Shown one piece after another: positions 52,249 through 61,200 of a DNA stretch of 64,000 bases. The notes under the pieces are model-generated. The model ran no database searches, was not told where the DNA came from, and saw only the letters and a program-made list of their open reading frames with translations. The DNA is from Leucoraja ocellata (taxonomy: Eukaryota). Both the position numbers and the translations under genes were made by a program. The first letter of the stretch is position 1. Each line of letters starts with the position of its first letter. The stretch spans positions 4,526,001 to 4,590,000 of the forward strand of contig JAWMAR010000070.1 of the NCBI GenBank assembly GCA_036785375.1, read 5' to 3'.

Positions 52249-55200
52249 ATGTGGATTCCCATTCTTCTCATCTCCTCGCTACCCGGTGAGTGAAAGCCAG
52301 ATCTTGATATTCCAATGATCAATGTTAGTTGGGGTCCCGTGCACCCTTTCCACAGCAGAGATGGTTAAGTGAGTGTAGACATGTAATGGGGCAGATATAT
52401 TGTAACCCGTCCGTCCTCTGTCCTCAGTCAGGGCGTTGTAAAGGCGGTGAATGTCTAAACACGGGTCCGGCCCAGTGTCGGTTGAGAGATGAATGTTGGC
52501 AGCGCAGCCGGCGGCACCGCCAATGAAATAGCAAAGTGGGGTCTTTCTGTAGGGTGAGAGGCCGGGCACCGCCTGGGATTGGGAAGTGAACCCAAATTGT
52601 ACTGATCCGGGGACAGAACACTGACACAACTGGTTCAATAACAGCACTCCCTGCACTTCAGACCGGAGACATTGGCCGTGAAGCAATATGACACATCATG
52701 GAACGCTCTAAGTTTTCTTTCATGTTATCTTCAAAATGTATCTATTTTCATTAAGCTGTTCATTTTCTCTCCATCTGAAAGTTTCTCCCCTCAGTTTCAG
52801 GTGCAATGTGGGGAGAGAGGGAGGTAAGAGGAGTTGTGGGAAGAGCGATCACAATCGATTGTCACTATGCAGCAGGGTACCGCTCATACACAAAATACTG
52901 GTGCCGTGGGTGGACTATCCAATGTACAGTTTTAGTGGATACAAATGGACAACACGGACGGAGTGGAAGAGTGTCAATCACAGATAACCCGGCACGAGGA
53001 ATATTTACTGTGACTGTGGAGGATCTTCAGTCTGGAGATACAGGATGGTACAGATGTGGAATTGATACAGGTGGCACGGATCCATTCTTTACCGTACATC
53101 TCCAAGTATCTGACGGTACGTTTCGCAGCGATTTTCTTGAAGTCTCCACTGAAATGCCTGATCCATGTTTTCACCGGGAAGTGTCACATCAAGTGGGATG
53201 CTCAGTACATTTCCCTGCCTCTGAACTGTAAAAACGTCACCCTGTCAGAGGTTTGCATTCCCACTCAAACTAATGATCCGAGAGGTACAAATCAGCGAGA
53301 AACAAGTGTTGCTGGTGGTCTGAACACCCGGAGAATCATAAACAGGGAATGTGTCCCCAGAACTCAACAGACTGCGTTCAGTGCTCCCGGGGCAGAGCAG
53401 CCCGCTCCCCGCCCCCACCTCAGGGATCTGCCACTTTCTCCCCCACCGCGCGCGCTCTCTCTCTCTCTCCATCTGCCCGCCAATGCGCCCACACCCCCCT
53501 GCAGCCACTGTCCACCCACCGCCCGGCAGCCAGCCAGCCTCTCCACCCGGACATTTCCCTGGTGGGAAGGAGAATAATTCATCTTTCGCCCCATCAGCCG
53601 TCGCACACAGTATATAATCCTCCAACATTTTCGCCACTTCCATCGGAATCCCACAACTAGCCACATATTTCCATCTCCACCGCTTTCTCCTCTCCGAAGA
53701 GACCGTTCCCTCCGCAACTCCCTGGTCAACTCGTCCTTTCCCACTCAAACCACCCCGTCCCCAGGTACCTACAACTGCAGCAGATACAACACCTGGCCCT
53801 ATACCTCCTCTGTTCACTCCAACAGTCTTTTCGGGTGAAGCAGAGGTTCACTTGAATCTTCTCTAAACTCTTCTACTATATCCGCTGTTCCAGGTGTGAA
53901 CAAGATGGGAGACCAAGCGCAGACTCGGCGATCGTTTCGCTGAACAACTCCGATCGTTCTACCTCGGCCTACGCTAATTCCCGTTTGCTAAACACTAACT
54001 CCCCTTCCCATTCCCAAACTTACCTTTCTGTCCTGGACCTCCTCCTCTGTCAGAGTGAGGCCAAACGCAAATTGGAGGAACAGCGCCTCATATTTCGCTT
54101 GGGCAGCTTACAACCCAGCGGTTTAAATATTGATTTCTCAAACTTCAAGTAACCGTTGTTGTACCCCTGTCTCAATCCCGCCCTAGTTCTCCATTTAGAT
54201 TCACTGTCCTCTTCATTATATTTTACAGAGTGTATGCCTCGTTGTCACCTTCCCTTCGTCTGACAATGATCCATTCTGCATTTTCGTTTAACATTGTCAA
54301 CTTTTAGCACTTGTTTTCCATCCTTACTCTTCCATTACTCTTCTGTCACCCTAGACTTGACTCTCAGGCTGCAGAAGGGTCTCGACCCGATTCTTCACCC
54401 ATTCCTTCTCTCGAGAGATGCTGCCTGCTCCGCTATGATACTCCAGCCTAGTGTGTCTAGCTGAAAGGGATCGTTATTAGTTTTGGCCTTTAATTTCCAA
54501 GGCTATGAATAGGGATTTTGGTACGCTGGTCTTCATCAGTGAGAACATTCAGAACATAATCTGAGATAATATGCTTCAGACGTGCAGATGTTGAGTCCAC
54601 ACTTTGGGAATTGTGTTCAGCTTTAGTCCGTCAGCTCCAAGAAAAGTGCCGTTGAGGTGGACAGCGTGCAGAAAGGTTTTAGGGCGACGCTGCCTGGACA
54701 GGATGGGATTGACGCAGGGAGCGATTGGACAAACTCAGACTTCATTCCTTGGTGTGGAAATGATTGAGCGAGGAACTTATAGAAATGTATCAATCACGAG
54801 AAGCATGTTCATTTTCCCACGATGTGTGGGATGAGAAAGTGGAGGACAGACGTAATGGGAACTAGTTAAAGAGGGGAGAATAGTAAGGTGGACAGTTGCG
54901 TAGATTGGGGTCATTGCGAGTGATAAGGGAGAAACGTGGACATATGGAAATGGCCCAGAAAGACATGTTGGTCGGCATGAATGAGCTGTTGTGATGGGCA
55001 TATTTCGGTTCTCTATAACTCTAACCTTCTCCAGTTTCTGGGCTTCGCACACTCACAGAGATGTAGATGAGCCCGTGAGATATCAACCGGACGGTTCAGG
55101 CTGAGATAAAGGGCTGCTGAGATTCAGCATGTGTTTGGTTTTTAACTGTTCATACAGGTGACTGAATGTTTGCTCCATTCCCACAGAACCGGCGTCTGCT

Positions 55201-58200
55201 CCTGTGCTCAGATATCTGTCATCAGCAAATGCCTCACGTCTCGGAGGCTCAGTGTCAGTGTCGTGTGAGTCTGTCAGTGGATCCCTTCCCATCAATTACG
55301 CATGGTGTGAGAGGAACGAGCGTGGGTGTTCAACGATCTTGTCTGACAATCAACTGGACCTGAGTTGTGAAATCCTCGGAGGTCAACATCGTCAATATTA
55401 CTGCACAGCCTCAAATAATCATGGGATAAAATACAGTGAAATACTCAACGTGAAAGTCTTCAAAGGAGCAGGAACGTGCAGTTATGTGACAGAAATGAAC
55501 AATACAGGTGAGTGTTATTTTCCCGTGGGAATATTGTTTCACAATTCCTCTCGTGTTCTTGTAGCTGCTGCTTTTCACCTTGTGGTGATGGTCGTGGGTT
55601 TCTAGGTATTTGCAGGCGGCATCATTGCAGCCACCGTGAGCTAATGGTGTAAAATGTGGGAGTTTGTTTGGGGGACTGGCAAATAATTGCCTGTTGCTTT
55701 CACCTGGGAGGTGTTGAGCTTCAAAAGGAGATAGAGACCGGCACTTATCACAACGGGTTGAGAGCATTCCATCAAATGTCTGCCTTCTGCCTTAAAAATG
55801 ATTTTCTGGCTGCAATTAAAGATCTCACAGTCACTTTGAGACAGAGAAAGCACCAAATGCATTCTGTTTGGATCCATCATCATTTAAAACCAAGGATGCA
55901 GAATTTCATTATCATGTTCATGATTTTAACTCTGTTAATTTGTGAGAGTCACTGCAATTCCAGTAATCTCACAAAATTTAGGTGTATTCTACTTGGCCGT
56001 CACTCCATCATGTATAACCCTTAAATTTGTCAAAGAGAATTTTGGAATGAAAATCCCGGTAGGTGTGGAGACGCTCACAGTCCAGAAGAGAGTGTGAATG
56101 GTTTACATCAGCGAGACTGAGTGCAGCCAAGGCCGGTGCATCTTAAACTATTTCAGTGTCATTCACCCTTGAGTCTTTATCACAAAATTTCATCAGTTTG
56201 AGAAGCACTGGCCTAGGCCACAGTTTCGCTGAACACTTGTGCTTGGTTTGTCATGACCCAGAATCGCACTTGATAGACACCCCATCCTCAACCTCCCCCA
56301 CTGATGCAGAGCAGCAGCAGTTTGCACCATCTGCACGATGCACTGCAGCAACTCACCAAGACTCCCTAGACAGCGCCTTCCAATTGCAACAGGCTCCGTG
56401 TTCAATGCATCATTCTTCACCATTCACACCCACATTGGCTGGGAAGCGCTTTGGAACGACCTGTGCAGATGGTGAGGGACGGTGTACAGTATCTGTCTCT
56501 CATCGCAATCTAGGTGGAATTGAGCACAGTTAAGAAAATGATTGGGCGGAATCCCCTGTACACATTGATGTATACTATAATGTATATGCTTGTGAAAGGC
56601 TAATTTTGCTCTTAAATTTATGATAGATTTTACATTCAGTTTCAGGTGCACTGTGGGCTGAGAGCGAAGTAAGAGGGGTTGTGGGAAGAGCGATCACAAT
56701 CGATTGTCACTATGCAGCAGTGTACCGCTCACACACAAAATACTGGTGCCGTGAGACAAGTCACCAGTGTACACATGTAGTGGAAACAAATGGGAAACAT
56801 GGACAGAGCGGAAGAGTGTCAATCACAGATAACCTGGAACGAGGAATATTTACTGTGACTGTGGAGATTCTTCACTCTGGAGATACAGGATGGTACAGAT
56901 GTGGAATTACTACATCTGTCGAACCAACATTTAAAGTACATCTCCAAGTATCTGAAGGTAGGTTTCTCAATGAGTGACTTTATGTCTCCACTTGGGCATC
57001 CGCACAAACCATTTGTTAGTGGGAGTCTGGTGCACAGTTCTGGTCCCCGCTTTATAAAACAAAAGATGTGGAAGCTTTGGAGAGGTTACAGAAATTGTCA
57101 CCGGGATATTGAGTTATAGTTTACAAATGCAACATGGAAACGAATCCTTTGGCCCACCGACTCCACACCGACTTGAGTTCACCGGTCACACTAGTTCTAT
57201 GTTGTTCCACTTTCCCATTCGCTGGCTACACACAATTCTACAATACCGGCATTCACGCACCCCAATAGTGCAACACTAGATGGGTGACCAAGCGTAGACC
57301 CGGAGAAACATGACATGAGTCCCCAGAACTCAACAGACTGCGTTCGGTCCTCCCAGAGCAGGCCAGCCCATTCCCCGCCCACACCTCAGAGATCACGCCC
57401 CCCCCCCCCCCCCCACCCCGATCCCCACCTCGCTCTCTCTCTCTCACCCTCCCTCTGACCCGTCAACTCGTCCTTTCCCACCCGAACCACCCGTGCCCAG
57501 GTACCTTCCCCGACAACTGCAGCGGATGCAACACCTGTCTCAATACCTCCTCCGTCCATTCCGTCCAAGGACTCCAACAGTCTTTTCAGGTGAGGCAGAG
57601 GTTCATTGCATCTCCTCTATCCCCATCTATTCTATCCGCTGTTCCAGCTGTGAACAAGTAGATACAGTAGATGGGAGACCAAGCGCAGACTCGGCGATCG
57701 TTTCGCTGAACAACTCCGCTCAGTCTGCCTCGGCCTACGCTAATTCCGGTTTGCTAAACACTTTAACCCCCCTCCCATTCCCAAATTCACCTTTCTGTCC
57801 TGGACCTCCTCCACTGTTAGAGTGAAGCCAAACGCAAATTGGAGGAACAGCGCCTCATATTTCGCTTAGGCAGCTTACAACCCAGCGGTTTAAATATTGA
57901 CTTCTCAACCTTCAAAGTAACCGTTGTTGTACCCCTGTCTCAATCCCGCCCTAGTTCTCCATTTACATTCACTGTCCTCTTCATTATATTTTACTGATTG
58001 TATGCCTCGTTGTCACCTTCCCTTCGTCTGACAATGATCCATTTTGCATTTCCGTTTAACATTGTCAACTTTTAGCACTTGTTTTCACTCCTTACTCTTC
58101 CACTACTATTCTGTCACCCTAGACTTGACTCTCAGGCTGAAGAAGGGTCTCGACCCGATTCTTCACCCATTCCTTCTCTCGAGAGATGCTGCCTGCCCTG

Positions 58201-61200
58201 CAGAGTTACTCCAGCATTTTGTGTCTATCTTAAAGGGATCGTAATTAATTTTCGCCTTTAAATTCCAAGGCATTGAATATGGTTTTTGGTACGCTGGTCT
58301 TCATCAGTGAGAACATTCAGAACATAATTTGAGATAATCTGCTTCAGACGTGCAGATGTTGAGTCCACACTTTGGGAATATGTTCAGCTTTAGTCCCTCA
58401 GCTCCAAGAAAAGTGCCGTTGAGGTGGACAGCGTGCAGAAAGGATTTAAGGCGACGGTGCGTGGACAGGATGGGATTGACGCAGGGAGCGATTGGACAAA
58501 CAGACTTCATTCCTTGGTGTGGAAATGATTGAGCGAGGAACTTATAGAAATGTATCAATCACGAGAAGCATGTTCATTTTCCCACGATGTGTGGGATGAG
58601 AAAGTGGAGGACAGAGGTAATGGGAACTATTTAAAGAGGGGGGAATAGTAAGGTGTCATTGACTGTAATGGCATGTTTTGTACAGATGAGTGGCCGAAGC
58701 TGAACACAATTCGCCCAAGTTCAACCTCAACAACATATGTACAACTGAAACATAACATCCCAACTTCTGTTCTGAGGGACAACATTCGCTACACATTGGG
58801 TGATATTTATATGGAACCTGATGCCAGAGGAAGTTGTTTAGGCAGTCAGAATAATAGCATTTAAAATACATTTTAGGACAGTTGCGTAGATTAGGATAAT
58901 TGCGAATGATAAGGGAGAAACGTGGACATATAGCTATGGCCTAGAAAGACATGTTGGTCGGCATGAATGAGCTGTTGTGATGGGCATCTTTCGGTTCTCT
59001 ATAACTCTAAAATTCTCCAGTTTCTGGGCTTCGCACACTCACAGAGATGTAGATGCGCCGGTGACATATCAACCGGACGGTTCGGGCTGAGATAAAGGGC
59101 TGCTGAGATTTAGCATGTGTTTGGTTTTTAACTGTTCATACAGGTGACTTAATGTTTGCTCCATTCCCACAGAACCCGTGTCTGCTCCTGTGCTCAGATA
59201 TCTGTCACCAGCAAATGCCTCACGTCTCGGAGGCTCAGTGTCAGTGTCGTGTGAGTCTGTCAGTGGATCCCTTCCCATCAATTATGCATGGTGTGAGCAG
59301 AACGAGCGTGGGTGTTCAACGATCTTGTCTGGCAATCAACTGAATCTGAGTTGTGGAATCCTCGGAGGTCAACACCGTCAATATTACTGCAGAGCCTCAA
59401 ATAATCGTGGGACAAAACCCAGTGAAATACTCAAAGTGAAAGTCTTCAAAGGAGCAGCAAGGTGCAGTTATGTGACAGAAATGAACAATGCTGGTGAGTG
59501 TTATTTTCCCGTGGGAATACTGTTTCACAATTCCTCTCGTGTTCTTGTAGCTGCTGCTTTTCACCTTGTGGTGATGGTCGTGGGTTTCTAGGTATTTGAA
59601 GGCGGCATCATTGCAACCACCGTGAGCTCATGGTGTAAAATGTGGGAGTTTGTTTGGGGGACTGGCAAATAATTGCCTGTTGCTTTCACCTGGGAGTTGT
59701 TGTGCTTCAAAAGTAGATAGAGACCGGCACTTATCACAACGGGTTGAGAGCATTCCATCAAATGTCTGCCTTCTGCCTTAAAATGATTTTCTGGCAGCCG
59801 TTAAAGATCTCACAATCACTTTGAGACAGAGAAAGCAACAAATGTCACTGGAATTCCAGTAATCTCACAAAATTTAGGTGGATTCTACTCGGCCGTCACT
59901 CCATCATGTGTAACCCTTACATTTGTCAAAGAGAATTTTGGAATGACACTCCCGGTAGGTGTGGAGACGCTCACACTCCAGAAGAGAGTGTGAATGGTTT
60001 ACATCAGCGAGACCAAGTGCAGCCAAGGCCGGTACATCTTAACTATTTCAGTGTCATTCACCCTTGAGTCTTTATCACAAAATTTAATCAGTTTAAGAAG
60101 CACTGGCCTAGGCCACAGTTTCACTGAACACTTGTGCTTGGTCTGTCATGACCCAGAATCGCACTTGATAGACACCCCATCCTCAACCTCCCCCGCTAAT
60201 GCAGACCAGCAGCAGTTTGCACCATCTGCACGATGCTCTGCAGCAACTCACCAAGACTCCCTAGACAGCGCCTTCCAATTGCAACAGGCTCCGTGTTCAA
60301 TGCATCATTCTTCACCATTCACACCCACATTGGCTGGGAAGCGCTTTGGAAGCAGATGGTGAGGGACGGTGTACAGTATCTGTCTCTCATCGCAATCTAG
60401 GTGGAATTCAACACAGTTAAGAAAATGATTGGGCGGACTCCCCTGTACACATTGATGTATACTATAATGTATATGCTTGTGAAAGGCTAATATTGCTCTT
60501 CAATATATGAAAGATGTTTCATTCAGTTTCAGGTGCACTATGGGCTGAGAGCGAAGTAAGAGGGGTTGTGGGAAGAGCGATCACAATCGATTGTCACTAT
60601 GCAGCAGTGTACCGCTCACACACAAAATACTGGTGCCCTGGGACAAGTCGCCAGTGTACACATGTAGGTGAAACAAATGGGAAACATGGACAGAGCGGAA
60701 GAGTGTCAATCACAGATAACCTGGAACAAGGAATATTTACTGTGACTGTGGAGGATCTTCACTCTGGAGATACAGGATGGTACAGATGTGGAATTACTGC
60801 ACCTGGCGAAGCAACATTTCAAGTACATCTCCAAGTATCTGAAGGTAGGTTTCTCAATGAGTGACTTTATGTCTCCACTTTGGCATCCGCACAAACCATT
60901 TGTTAGATGGGAGTCTGGTGCACAGTTCTGGTCCCCGCTTTATAAAACAAAAGATGTGGAAGCTTTGGAGAGGGTGCAGAAAATGTCACTGGGATATTTA
61001 GTTGTAGTTTACAAATGCAACATGGAAACGAATCCTTTGGCCCACCGAGTCCTCACCGACTTGAGATCACCGGTCACACTAGTTCTATGTTGTTCCACTT
61101 TCCCATTCGCTGGCTACACACAATTCTACAATACCGGCATTCACGCACCTCAATAGTGCAACACTAGATGGGTGACCAAGCGTAGACCCGGAGAAACATG

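Noticed and set aside
56156-56533. ORF of about 125 aa (LRSTGLGHSFAEHLCLVCHDPES..) repeated at 59994 and 63421
   Set aside because: Intronic part of the duplicated unit. The gene C copy (about 43370-43690) has a deletion and a stop, and the 60350 copy has a frameshifting deletion, so the frame is not maintained. No convincing splice sites.
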